Shown one piece after another: positions 29,490 to 43,956 of a stretch of DNA of 64,000 bases. The DNA is from Chrysomallon squamiferum (Eukaryota; Animalia; Mollusca). Numbering within the stretch: the stretch's first letter is position 1; each line of letters opens with the position of its first letter. The stretch is taken from assembly GCA_012295275.1 (NCBI GenBank), contig CM022679.1, forward strand, positions 21,762,001 to 21,826,000. The letters are read 5' to 3'. A program made the translations under genes and the position numbers. The notes below the pieces were generated by a model. That model made no database searches. It was not told the DNA's origin and saw nothing but the letters and a program-made list of their open reading frames with translations.

Positions 29490-29755
29490 CTCAGTTTCTT
29501 ATTCATTCATTTATTCATAATATACCAACATTCAAAATCCTTTTCATTCGTCGATTCACTGATTAGTTTATTCATCCGTCATTCAGTCTTCCATTCATAA
29601 ATTCATTAATTATTCATTCATTTTAATTTATCATTCATTTATTCACATATTCATCCATTCATATATTCATTCATTCATCTATCCATTCATCCATTATTCA
29701 TACATTCATAGACCTATTCATTCACTGTTTAAATCACATATTCTTCATTCATTCG
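29490..29755. repeat. Degenerate (CATT)n tract
   Basis: Recurrent attcatt units. Confidence 0.8.
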
Positions 29756-30169
29756 CTGTTAATACGGCTGTATAACTAGCGCACATCAAACACCTAACAT
29801 TACTTAACTGACATCCTATGTGAGGCGCACTCAACAAGGGTTTCCGCCGAGAGTGCATCAGAATCTAGTCTTAACTCCATACAAAACGTGCAGTGAAGTG
29901 TTAAAGCTGTCTACCAACGTCACTGATTTTGCAAAGGGTATCTCCGCAGAAGAAAAAAAAAAAAAAAGGAAAGACAGGATAATGATTTCTTAATTATGGT
30001 TCTACAAAGTGGAGTAATGCACAACAAACACGCTGACGTTTCTCACGCCCATTTTTCACACGCAGTGTTGCCGACAACAGCGTCAACAACGTCTGCTGAT
30101 GAAATCATAACACGCGGAGAGACGAGGTGATTACTGGCCTTTTCAAAAGAGTCGTTTATTCAGTCGTGT

Positions 30170-31190
30170 GTGGGGGTTTTCTGTACATGTGTGGTTTTTC
30201 TTTGTATGTGTGGGTTTTCTTGATATATGTGTTTTTTCTCCATATGTGTGGTTTTTCTTTATATGTGTGGTTTTTCTGTGTGTATGTGTTTTTTCTCCAT
30301 ATGTGTGGTTTTTCTTTATATGTGTGGTTTTTCTGTGTGTATGTGGTTTTTCTGTATATGTGTGGTTTTTCTGTGTGTATGTGTTTTTTCTGTATATGTG
30401 TGGTTATTCTGTATATGTATGGTTTTTCTGTATATGTGTGGTTTTTCTATGTGTATGTGGTTTTTCTGTATATGTGTGGCTTTTCTTTATATGTGTGGGT
30501 TTTCTGTATATGTGTGGTTTTTCTGTATATGTGTGTGTTTTCTGTATATGTGTGGTTTTTCTATGTGTATGTGGTTTTTCTGTGTGTATGTGGTTTTTCT
30601 GTATATGTGTGGTTTTTCTGTATATGTGTATGTTTCCTGTATATGTGTGGTTTTTCTGTATATGTGTGTTTTTTCTGTATATGTGTGGTCTTCCTGTATA
30701 TGTGTGGTTTTTCTGTATATGTGTGGTTTTTCTGTATATGTGTGTGTTTTCTGTATATGTGTGGTTTTTTTGTATATGTATGTGTGTTTTTCTGTATATG
30801 TGGGTTTTCTGTATGTGTGTGGTTTTTTTATATGTATGTGGTTTTCTGTATATGTGTGGTTTTCTTTATATATGTGGGTTTTTCTGTATATGTGTGGTTT
30901 TTCTGTATATGTGTGGTTTTTTGTATATGTGGTTTTTCTATATGGTTTTTTCTGTGTGTGTGGTTTTGTATATGTGTGGTTTTTCTGTATATGTGTTTTT
31001 TCTGTATATGTGTGTGTTTTCTGTATATGTGTGGTTTTTCTGTATATGTGTGGTTTTTCTGTATATGTGTGGTTTTTCTGTATATGTGTGTGTTTTCTGT
31101 ATATGTGTGGTTTTTCTGTATATGTGTGTGTTTTCTGTATATGTGTGGTTTTTTTTTCTGTATATGTGTGTTTTTTTCTGTATATGTGTT
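30170..31190. repeat. ~1-kb minisatellite, 19-bp unit TGTATATGTGTGGTTTTTC
   Basis: Roughly 50 tandem units with length variants. It explains the three long plus-strand ORFs. Confidence 0.95.
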
Positions 31191-32347
31191 GAGTGTTTCT
31201 GTGTATAAGCTTGTCTGTCCGTTTATAAATATGTCTATCTATCTATCTATCTATCTATCTATGTAATAATCATTAATATGAAATATGTCATGAAGTATTG
31301 TTAATCAAATATTCATTAAATTTGAATTTTTTAACATCTCAACAGCGTGACAAACATGTCTGATATTGAGAAGCAGAGAGTATAAAAAGAGGTTTTGTTA
31401 TTAGATGTCAACTGTTGTTAACACACAGTACACGACATTAATCATATCATAATGAGAAAACCTTTCCACTTCAAGAAGCAGAGTGTTATCACAATAAACG
31501 ATACAATCTCCAAATATATAGTTACCAGTAAGTACATACATATATATATAAAACATATGCGTAAATATATACGTACATAAATATATTCATACATACATAC
31601 ATTTTATAAGTACATACATACATACATACATACATACATTCACACATACATATCTACATATCTACATATATACATATATACATATATACATATACATATA
31701 TACATATACATATGTACATATACATATGTACATATACATACATACACACATATATACGGAGAGTTCATTTTATTTTAACTTAATTTAATTATTACATTTT
31801 TAAATTACATTTTCTTTCTTTCTTTCTTTCTGACAAATTTATTTCATCATCAAGCTTCCCGTTACACTATATTACATTTCACGTCGAAAAACGACCGTAT
31901 CAGTCGAAGCCAGGTTTTCAGAGTTTAATGCCTTATTTGGTCAAACGCTTCTGCATGTCTTGCATGCTAAGTAAGTCACGTATACACGTGTCAAAGACTG
32001 TTAACAACACACACACACACACACACACATATATATCTGTTACAACAATCACTCTTAAAACTACGTGTAGAATAGAATCTGAATGAATGAACAGAAATAT
32101 CTGTATCAACCGGAAACACGTAACAAAAGAAACTGGCGCGCGCGTGCAGGATCGGAAGTCGATAAGGAACGGTGTAACAGTAACACACATTTCGAGTGGG
32201 TGACGTCCGCTGGAAAACATCTACTGCTAATTAGACACTTCCTTGAAAAACATGCAAAACCTGCGATAGCAGAAAAATTTGCTGGCCACGAAAATGTGTT
32301 GTGCGAGAAGAGATTACGATGACCAGCAGGTCAGTTATCTATAACAC

Positions 32348-32378
<31 letters not shown>

Positions 32379-32496
32379 ACTAAATAAATAAATAAATAAA
32401 TAAAATTCCAGAATATGTTGCAGAGTAATAACATTGATAAATAATAACATACACACAGTGATAAACAACATACATACCACTGATAACATAGGAATA

Positions 32497-32598
<102 letters not shown>

Positions 32599-33438
32599 TC
32601 AGCAGAATCAGCAATAACAACGCGATATTGATGGTAAAAATAATGATGTGGATGATGTGAATGATGATGATGATGATGATGACGAAGGTGGTGACGAACA
32701 CAATGACCCATGTACGTATAATCAACCTGATTCACAGAGAGCAGATAGAAAAACGTGTTTCTCTGACTAAGACAGTTTGTTAATGTAATATGCAGTGACA
32801 GGACAATTTGCCATATATAATAGAAAAAACATGTGAATGTGCATGTGTGTATGTGTTTAGTTATTTTTAAAGGACATAATATACGTTGGAATACTTGTTA
32901 CCATCTTGTACACGCACTTGCTATTGTCATTACGATTTGTTTTTCTATTAAAAAAAATTATATATATATACGCATATAGAGAAAACAGGGATAAGAGAGA
33001 AATAGAGTAATTAGGTAGGTAAATTCACAGATGGAGAGAGAGAGATAGATACAGGTATGTAGAAAAAATATACAGATGATAGATAGATAGATAGATAAAC
33101 ATATTTTTGTCTACTGTTCCTCTAAAATAAAATAAAAGTTAACTGAACACAACAGTGATTTTATTTCGAGTTCCACGTTAATAAAGGAAGAGAGTATTCT
33201 GTTTCTAGACTACAGTCTGGAAGTCCTACATTTCAATAATTTGATATACTTATTTGTCGTTTTTGACACTGCAATTAGGGAAAGGAAAGCCGATTTACAG
33301 CCATTGTTAATTCTTAAAATGAAATATAATCATCCATTTTTGAATACAAGCACACGTGGTTAATTTTATTGTCATAATCATCATTACATCCATCTTCATT
33401 ATTATATTCATATTTTCATTTTTAATATATATTTCAGA

Positions 33439-33488
<50 letters not shown>

Positions 33489-33605
33489 GTAGTAGTAGTA
33501 GTAGTAGTACTTTTATTTTGCAATTACTACTACTAAATCTGCTATTGCTACTACAACAACTACTTCTAGTACTACTACGACTGCTACGATTACTACTACT
33601 ACTAC

Positions 33606-33644
<39 letters not shown>

Positions 33645-33955
33645 GAAATGTCGGCTATAATTATTTCATATTTCAGTTTCTTTAATTACACATAGTATTA
33701 CAGTTGAGGACAATTCAACATATTTTCTTGCAAGTGTCTAAATGTCAAACACACATATATATTTTTAAACGTCAGTGTCAAAACGAAGAAGCCATGGAAA
33801 AACCTTTCACGATTACTGCAAGTGATATTTTTTATATTCTATTTGTGACAGGCAGGAAAGATGATATGGCTGTTGGTACACCAGTAGCTGAAAGATTGTC
33901 TCAAGATGCAGTAATCTAATGTGTGCTATCACGTTTCAAATATCAGATATATTAT

Positions 33956-33989
<34 letters not shown>

Positions 33990-34420
33990 CGTCACGACAT
34001 TTCTGAATATTTAGAGTCTGAAGCCGTGTCCAAGTCATGATAATTTATCATATGTTTCAACCAAAATTCTTTAAATAGGGTTTCGACAATTTCACATTAG
34101 TTTTGAACAAACTCTTAACGATTAAAATATTTATCTACAGTACAGAATAGAAAATAATTTTTTTTTTTTTTTATCCATCACTTAAGAATATATATGTAAA
34201 AAAAAATGATGAGGTAAGACTAAGAAAGAAGTTATCAACATAAATCACTGTGAGTGTCTACATTTGCATAAATGTTTATAAAAAGATATATTAACCGTAT
34301 TTGTTTTGTTATCTGCGGTTTTATGCATACAGGCTCTGGTTTTCTCTCTAACACTATCAACATTTATCTAAAGCACCGCAAATCCATGCGTTTACTAGTT
34401 TACGATCGTCAGAACAAATA

Positions 34421-34644
34421 AACCCTTTACTCCGCATAACTCTTTTTATGGGCTCCATCATTTAACGACTTTGTCCTAGGATCTGGTTTTATCGCCAAAC
34501 GATTCCGCTTTGGCTTTGTATTGTATACACATCTATCTGTTTTAATATGACACGGAAAACACTCGCCACGCCAAAATATCCTTCTATTTGTTTGAACCAG
34601 CCAGTACTTGCACCGGTCCGTCCAGTTAAGCGGATCAAGGGGTT
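34421..34644. mobile_element. piggyBac-like MITE relic
   Basis: Inverted repeats aaccctttactccgcataac (34421-34440) and gttaagcggatcaaggggtt (34625-34644) are 16/20 complementary. CCC...GGG ends are flanked by degenerate TTAA (taaa / ttag). Confidence 0.5.
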
Positions 34645-35585
34645 AGTAGGTTTCGTTGATTGTATTACTTTATAATGATTACTTAGCCTAAAAACATCAC
34701 TTAGAGGTAATACATTTAGTCTCTAACACCACTAGATCCACATTAACCATTAACGTTTTGTAGGCTAAGTACTAATATTTTTCTTTTTTCTCTCTCTCTC
34801 TGAATCATTTACGCGGTATTTATTTCTTTTTGATACATGCTCTTCTCTTGTGTGTATGTTTTCTGCAAGCGATGCCTGTCTAATTATATCCGTACGTTTT
34901 ATTTTTCTTTCTTTTCTTGTTTTTTGTGTGTTTTTTTCGCACAATCGATGCCAAAAGAATACGCCAGGAATGTTTCGCAGCGTAAAGAAAAACAAAACAA
35001 AACAAAATAAAATAAAATAAATAAATAAATAAATAAATAAATAAAAGGTTTCAGGAATACGCTTTTTCATCCTCCGGTATAATTATCTCCCTTTTATCTT
35101 TATGGTAGCCATCTTGAAGTTTTACGACCGTGAACGAAAATGGATCCATTTAGCTCTAACTACTTCCAATTAGGCCACGAATTAGTTGCTCGTATTTATG
35201 CGAACTCGGTAAATCTGAAGACATTTTTTTTTTTTTTTTTGTTATTATATAAGAGAGGAATTTAAATATTACTTATGTAAACATGTTACATGGATTAATT
35301 GGACAATGCCCATATAAACTAACAGATGTCATATATTTGTAATTTTTTTCATAGAAAAGTCTAGAGAAAATTACAGTTTTAGACTTTGGATAAATACACA
35401 ATGAAATGTAGATGGGTCAGATGCGTGAAAGAAATGGTGTAAATAATACATTAGAAATCTCAGTGGGTATAAGTCAAGGACTTAAAAAAGCTATTTAGTA
35501 TCAGCTGATTAGAATATGTAAAAACGGGCCAATGTGTATGTATATGTGTGTGTGTGTGTGTGTGTGTATGTGTGTGTGTGTGTGC

Positions 35586-35620
<35 letters not shown>

Positions 35621-36380
35621 TGAGTGTGTGTTTGTGTGTGTGTGTGTGAGAGAGAGAGGATGTAGTGAGAGAAAAGATATATGGAGAGAGAAAGAAAGAC
35701 GGAGAAAGAAAGAGAAAGGTATAAAAATCAAGTCCTGTAACTTAAAATCTTCGCAGCAGTATAAACCACACAACACCACAGATACAAGAAAAGAAGCCAA
35801 CGATCTACCGTATAAACCAAAAATAATTACAGAGAGAGAAAATCAGATAACCATCGGAGCAAAACACAAAGGTAGATAACTGCGTCTCTCTCTATCTCGC
35901 GCTGTCAGCTTTGACATTCTCTTCAAACTGACCATAAGCTGTTACTCCACTATCAACCCGCATCTCGACTTTGAAGAAGACGAGACTCGCTTCTGTTGGG
36001 AGAAGTCTGCTACAAGATCTCGGCAGATGGAGACGTAAAACAGAGATAACTCCAATCTAGTTAGAATCGGATCTAACACGTGCTGCACGGGCTTCAGAGA
36101 TCTCTACACGATGGCGGATTTATAACGGAGAACACGTGTGGAGTCGGTGTTTTCGTAGACTGAGACACGTGTAGGTGAGGCGGTTAATATGATGTTTACG
36201 GTAAAAACAGTTTTTCGTGGTTTGGAAAGGATCCATACAAGAGATATTTGAAATCGTTAGATGTTTGTTTTATCTCGGTGTATGATATTATATTTAGAAG
36301 ATTGCCGATCTTAATGTTTTATGTTTATTTTGGACAAACTTTTTTTTATTTATATACCATAAAATGCGATGGAGCTTAGA

Positions 36381-36473
<93 letters not shown>

Positions 36474-36888
36474 GGGGGACAAATTACAATCGAGAACTGA
36501 ATTTCAGTTTGTTACTAACCGGTTATTAATCAAAACAATTATTATTGTTATTATTGCTGTTCTTCTTGTCTTTGTTGTTGAAGAAGAGTCTGGACTTATT
36601 CCTGTTTCAAATCGAACAATGAACATTTTGAAATTTTTCTGCCAAACAAAGCAGACGAAACTCGGAACAAATGTTTAACATCAAGGCTGCGGTCGACCCT
36701 GGCTACACTCAAACTGTAATCTCTGTACAAACTGGGGGTCAAGGGGTGTTTGATAAAAGGTTAAGCAAGTATAAAACGCCTCACCCGCCTATTAAATCAT
36801 TAAAACTTTTTATCACTTGTGCAAAAAGAAATCTGGAACATCAGCACCAGCTTTCAGTACACTTTTCTTTAACTGAAGACGTTGAGAG

Positions 36889-37049
36889 CAAAGGCGGATC
36901 TGTGGGGGGGGGAGGCGGATCTGTGGGGGGGGGCGGGGAATGGGGCAAAACTGACGCCCCACTTATGCTTATATTTATTTACAACATGTATTTGTTTCTT
37001 ATCCCTTCATGAAAACGATTTTTTTCTTGACATTCTGGATCCGCCCCTG
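36889..37049. mobile_element. Short MITE-like element (GGGGCGGATCC-type TIR, Harbinger-like)
   Basis: Left end caaaggcggatc against right end ctggatccgcccctg (10/12 complementary). There is an internal tandem duplication of aggcggatctgt(G)9. The TSD is unclear. Confidence 0.5.
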
Positions 37050-38256
37050 AAGAGTGATGACAAGACTTGAACCCGCAAACTTACGGATAATTCTGCTTCT
37101 TTGTTGCATCAGACAAATAAATCAGATCGCGTACGCAGCTTGATTGTGTTCGGTATAGGGAATGTCAATGAAGAGTTCATAAAAACAAACACGAATGTAG
37201 TTATTTAATCTAGTGACAGCTTGAATGTATTAATTGTAACCGCTGTTTAGTTTCATTTGCTGATATATATATATATATTTTTTTTTTAGTTAAATTTCTA
37301 TAATATATAATCTATTATTATATTTTAAATCTTCCTTTCTTTCTTTTTTTTCCTCTTCTTTTCTTCTTCATCTTTTTTTCTTGTTATTGTTCATATTATT
37401 ATTGGTATTACTACTACCACAAGTTTTTTTTTTTATTTTTTTCCTATTCCAGGTAATATCTCACTGTCATATAACAATGAAAAACATCTAACAGTTTATT
37501 CATTCATTCATTCATTTATTCATTCACTCATTCATTCAGTCAGTCATCCACACATTCAGAAGCTAGAATGGGTCTAGTGTGACAGATGTGTCTTTGACCC
37601 TGAACTCAAAAAAAAAAAAAAAACCCCTTACTGGCTCAGTTTTCTCAAGGTCTCCACATACGTTTGAGCCACTGTAAAAGTATTAACATGTGTACACATT
37701 ATCTAATCGACTCTAAAAAAGATGTTGGAGTAACGTGACCTCTCTGCTATGTGTACAGAACGTTAGTGATATAATTAATTTGTGTAAATTGATATGGCAA
37801 TCAGCTAGCAGTGCCGTGTTACGTGTTTGCGGATTGTCGCGTGTCGGATAACGATATCGACCCAGCTAACACTCCGAAAATATGCAGAGTGACGAAATAG
37901 GTCGGAAATCTGGCGACCTCAGCATTTTTATTACGTTACTTTTTTTCTTTATTTTATTTTAGACTGGAAGCTATAATCATAAATAGATAGACAGCTAGAT
38001 AAACAGATAGATATATACGTAGATAGATAGATAGATTTAGATAAATAGATACTGACAGGCAGATAGAGAAAAAGAAGAAGAAGAAATTTGGAAGCAGATG
38101 ATTTCAGATAAAATATTTTCCAAAATATAGTAAAATAATTATTGTCTCAACGACATCATCATCATCATCAACAACATTAATAACAATTGATACAAAACAA
38201 CGCCACTAACAACAACAACAACAAAAGTGGTGGTGGTGAGATGGTGGTTGTGGTGA

Positions 38257-38288
<32 letters not shown>

Positions 38289-38626
38289 ATGGTGGTGGTG
38301 GTAGTGGTGAAGATGGTAGTAGTAGTAGTAGTAGTAGTAGAGGAAAAGATAGATGGGTGTATGCCGAAAACTAAATAAGTATTAAATACGGTACAGTTTA
38401 AGTCTGGCTGTTATATCTGAATAACCATATTGTAACCGTACTCCTTCCTGTTAAACTTATTTGAGACCTTCCTTCTAATACATATTTCAGATAAAACCTC
38501 TTTAAAAACTCTGAAAAAAAAATATATCGAAAAGGAAGAACCAATTAAAATCGGAAAGATAAAAAAAAATAATAATAATAATAAATAAATAAATCTAAAA
38601 ATGGTAAAAAAATAATAATTACTTAC

Positions 38627-38816
38627 CAGACAACACAGGCTCGTCTGTTAAAATAAATGACTAATGTTTCCACTAAATCAGTCCTTTTTTAATTTCTCTG
38701 TTTTTTTTTTTTTTTTTTACTCGTGAAATCTCGTTTGCTTCTTCACTCGAATCAGTTGCTTATAAAAATTAACCGTGTATCGAATGTCGCTAACAAGCCC
38801 GCCTTGCTATTCAACT
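38627..38816 (-). other. Candidate non-coding first exon (5' UTR) of the minus-strand gene, or alternatively an 18-nt microexon at 38627-38644
   Basis: Initiator-like GTGTCAGTT (A at 38816) lies next to a CpG-rich islet. The donor CTG|gtaagt at 38626-38621 is a consensus match, and there is no ATG inside. An internal ttttaacag acceptor would instead give ACGAGCCTGTGTTGTCTG. Confidence 0.45.
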
Positions 38817-39180
38817 GACACCTGATCTCGTGCTGTAGATAGCGGATATCGTCTGCTCACGCGCGCGCGAAAGAGAGAGAGAGCGAGGCAGTTGCGCTGG
38901 TTACGTTGTCCGATTATTCTGCTGTGTCGTCAGCCTACCGTGCCTCGGTGCAAATTGTCACGTCGGCATATCGATACTAACGTGGGATTTTTTTTTATTA
39001 TTATATATTTCTCTCTCTTTCTCTGTCTTTCGCTCGCTGTCTGGTTCAGGTACATGTGTGCCTCAATGCAGACTCGTGTATTAAACCTGGCGCGTGCAGA
39101 CAGTCAGGTTGTCAGTTAGATTCGCGCGGGAGACAGCGGGTGAGGTGGCGAAAGAGAAAATAAATAAAACCGCGATCGAT
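38817..39180. promoter_or_regulatory. CpG-rich candidate promoter, possibly bidirectional
   Basis: High CpG density (cgcgcgcgcg, ttcgcgcggg) and a GAGA tract. Minus-strand Inr at 38816. On the plus strand: TATTAAA (39079), TCAGTT (39112-39117) and donor-like CGG|gtgagg (39140). Confidence 0.45.
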
Positions 39181-39302
39181 TTGGATGTGACGTTATTATA
39201 TATTCGTTTGCCTTCGTTTGAATATAGAAATGTGCGTGAATACAAAAGAATAAATGAATAATTATTTGGCGTTATATCAGTTTGTGTGAACTTAATAGTA
39301 GT

Positions 39303-39350
<48 letters not shown>

Positions 39351-39484
39351 TAAAACCTAATGAATGATAGAAATACTTTACATTACGAAATATAATTTAT
39401 GATGAAAACCGGTCTTTCATCTGATAGTAGCTAGGGATTTTTAGTGTTATGTATTGAATTAAATAGGTAAAAACGTATATTGTT

Positions 39485-39542
<58 letters not shown>

Positions 39543-40333
39543 GAAGAAGAAGAAGAAGAAGAAGAAGACATCACTCTTCAACAGATCAAAGCAGATATTA
39601 TTTTTATTGTTGTTGTTGTTGCTGTTGTTGTTGCTGATGTTGTTACTGATATTACTACTACTACTACTACTACTACTATTCTTCTTCTTTTTAATTTTTA
39701 TTATTCTTAATACATTAAATAACTGCACGTTATATATTCACGAGTTTTTAATTTAAGCCCCGCTGCTGTCTGTTTCAATATGTGGCTATTTCCGTCTGTT
39801 TGACAACGCCCGGGGCCGTGTGTTATAAAAACAGACGTACGCAATAACTTTTAATTACTTTGTATTACGCCCCACGGTTTCCAACATAACTGTTTCAATA
39901 TCAGGGTCAAATATGCCTTGTGTGATGCAGTTTTTTTTGAATGAAAATAAAAATAAAAATACTGATAGATTACATCAGCTTATGCAATGAGAATGAAATC
40001 ACATGTAACAGAACGATGAATGAATAAAAAAAAAAAATGAATTATTGATTAATAAAGAATGAGTGAATGAACAGATAAGTGAATAAAGATTTAACGAAAT
40101 AAGGAATAAATAGTTCACGAATTCGTGAAAAAGTGAACGAAAGAATTAATGAAAAGAAGAAAAGTGGTTTTTATTTCGTCCATTGTTGATGGATTCTTCA
40201 TCTACTTTGTTCTTTTTCATTTTCTTTCTTTCTTTCTTTCTTCCTTTCTTTCTTCGTCGTTGCTGTTTTCTTTTATTATTATTATTCTCATTATTATTTA
40301 TCACTGTTTTTGTTTTGGTTATTGTTGTTACTG

Positions 40334-40400
<67 letters not shown>

Positions 40401-40788
40401 TTTATTAGTATGATACGATGCAAAGATCGGATATTAATCATTAATGTTTGAAAAGTTTGCGTTCAAGCGAATATCGCGATAGAAGAATAAAAATTAACCT
40501 AGAAAAACATCAAAGAATTTTTTTATTTTTTTCATAAACATTACCTCAAAGATTCTTTCATCATCGTTTTTCATGGTTAATTCATGCACTGTTCACTGCA
40601 ACAGAAGAAAAAAGACAGATGAAATAAAAAAAAAACCCTTTATTAGCTACTATAAAAATTCCACCAATATCCTTTAGGCCAGAACTATTTAATCTTTGCA
40701 ATAGAATTGACTCCACAGGTCGATAAGTTAAATGAAATACCATACCAGGGTTCAACCGCTGTTTTGTTAGAAGCCAGACACAAAATAA

Positions 40789-40841
<53 letters not shown>

Positions 40842-41669
40842 AACAAGGCACGAAAAGAAGAATTACGTGTGACGTAAATTAGACAAAAAAGTCTGTTTTG
40901 CGTAGTTACAAACGTTAAAGCGATGGCGCAGTTGTGAAAGCGACAAGAGAAATTGATTCGTGTGAATTACACTCTCGGTCTGAAATTGATTCGAGTGAAA
41001 TCAACCATGCTGCTCTTTGACACCTCTACCTTTTACGCGCGGTTTTGCTCAATGACATATTGGTTATTCACAAAACAGTGAGTGCGTGGGATCTGCCAAC
41101 AACACACGCGACGGAGATAACCGAGTTTAACAGAAGCAAACTTAATGACAGCAAAAACGTATTCGCTCATTCACCTGTCAATGGGGGTCTGGTCAGATCT
41201 ATTTTTAAAATTAAAAAAAAAAAAAAAAAAAAGATCGATTAACTAGGTGTGGCAGAGGTCTCATTATGTGTATTCTCATATCTTTCTGCCGTATCACTGT
41301 GTATATTTATATATAGTTACAAATACACACGCACATACACGCTAACACTGATGTATTGTACGTTATTTGCGGCACGTCTCTTTGTTATCGATCAGCAGAT
41401 TGAAGCTAAACGCGGCAAACATTACGTTCACTACATTCCAGTTGATAACATCAGCATACAGAGACATTACAGATCTATACACACACACATGTACACACGT
41501 CAGTAAACTTATACGTCGTTACATACAAAATAAATCGTAAAAACATGTTACGTACAAAAATACAATATTTTAATTGAAACCAACACCTACCTACATACAT
41601 ATGTCGACACAAAAATAGATGTATATCGACAGGCGCGCTGGCTGAAACATAAGTTAATTATAACGTGCT

Positions 41670-42263
<594 letters not shown>

Positions 42264-43049
42264 TCTGTAGTATATTAAATTATCTCTTTTTTTTTTCTCT
42301 CTCCCTCTCCTCCTCTCTGTTTTTCACCTTCTCTATCTCTCCACAAAAAAAAAAAAAAAAAAAAATCTACATCCATAAACATCTCCCTCTACAATATAAA
42401 TATCATCATCAGCGACACTAATCATTATCTGAACACAACAGACAACATAAAACTAAAACCATCCTTAATTAGAAAACCTGACACCCGAGTGATTTATCTG
42501 TCTTGTAGCTGGTAGCTGAAACTGCTCTCGTGTCATTCTACGCGTCCGTCCTTTACAAGCGCAGCGATTGCTAAAACATGTCCCGTGGTCGGAAATAACC
42601 GTGTGCCACCCTCGTAGACGTAACCTCGGCGTTGTGGATGTTACGGACAAGTGTAGACGCGGTGAATCGCCTGCTTTAGCACTTTTTGATTTATGTGGCT
42701 GTTTTTTTTTTTTTTTGAAAAGAGAGCAAACAAGAATTTGGTTTTATTGTGTGATGATTTGAAATTGCACTTCCTTAATGATTTGATTTATATACTCACA
42801 CTTGGTGAAGTAGGTGTATTCGTACACATTGTCACGTATTCATATATATATATACATACATACATACATATATACATACTTACGTACATACATACATACA
42901 TACACATGTACTTACTTATACATATACATTTCATCTTTCCATCGTAACACATCTTCTCTCTCTCACACACACACACACACAACACAAAATACATTTCCAC
43001 CGAAACACATCCATACACGAAAACAAACACACGTACTGACACACAATTA

Positions 43050-43096
<47 letters not shown>

Positions 43097-43197
43097 GTAA
43101 ATAAAAACACACACGCACAGAAACAGTCTCAAAAAAAAAATTGAAAAAAAAAATGTAAACGTGACACTGGGGGCGTTCATCGATACACTAACCTGCT

Positions 43198-43229
<32 letters not shown>

Positions 43230-43580
43230 TCCTTACAAGGTGCCCTATGTAAAATTTAAATAGATTATTTTTCTTAATTCATTTCTCCTGCATGGCTGTT
43301 TTATCTCTTCAAACACACCTGACACGAACCTCGTTCCTATTCAGTCGGTTCGCGAAGGAGAGATTATTAATGAATTGTCGTGCAAGATTACGTACATACT
43401 ACTCGCAGTGAACTATTTAATTCAGAGAGGGTGGGAACGAAAATACCCGAGAACAGATTGGAAAGTGTTTGTGATATAAGTAGGATTATGTCAGATATTA
43501 AACGTGTTGTGCAGATTCACGTTTCACTGTGCTCTGTAGTAATTCACGTTTTAACATTGAAGTGTTCGTTTGTGTTTGTG

Positions 43581-43666
<86 letters not shown>

Positions 43667-43762
43667 GCTATCTCTATCTCTCTGTGTGTGTGTGTATGTA
43701 CCTTTGTGCATATGTATGTATGTATGTATGAATATATATCATATAACAACAATAATAATAAC

Positions 43763-43799
<37 letters not shown>

Positions 43800-43907
43800 T
43801 ATCGGACCGGACATTTTTTTTTAAGGTGATCCGGTTTTGCCAGTTTCCACTTTATAATATTAATAACAAAAATAATAAAAATAATAAATACAACAACAAC
43901 AACAACA

Positions 43908-43956
<49 letters not shown>

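Noticed and set aside
30127-31266. Three long plus-strand ORFs (321-379 aa)
   Set aside because: All three frames are open because the 19-bp G/T-rich repeat lacks stops. They are not a gene.
40114-40129. 16-bp perfect palindrome TTCACGAATTCGTGAA
   Set aside because: Isolated in degenerate (GAAT)n sequence. One such palindrome in 64 kb is plausible by chance.
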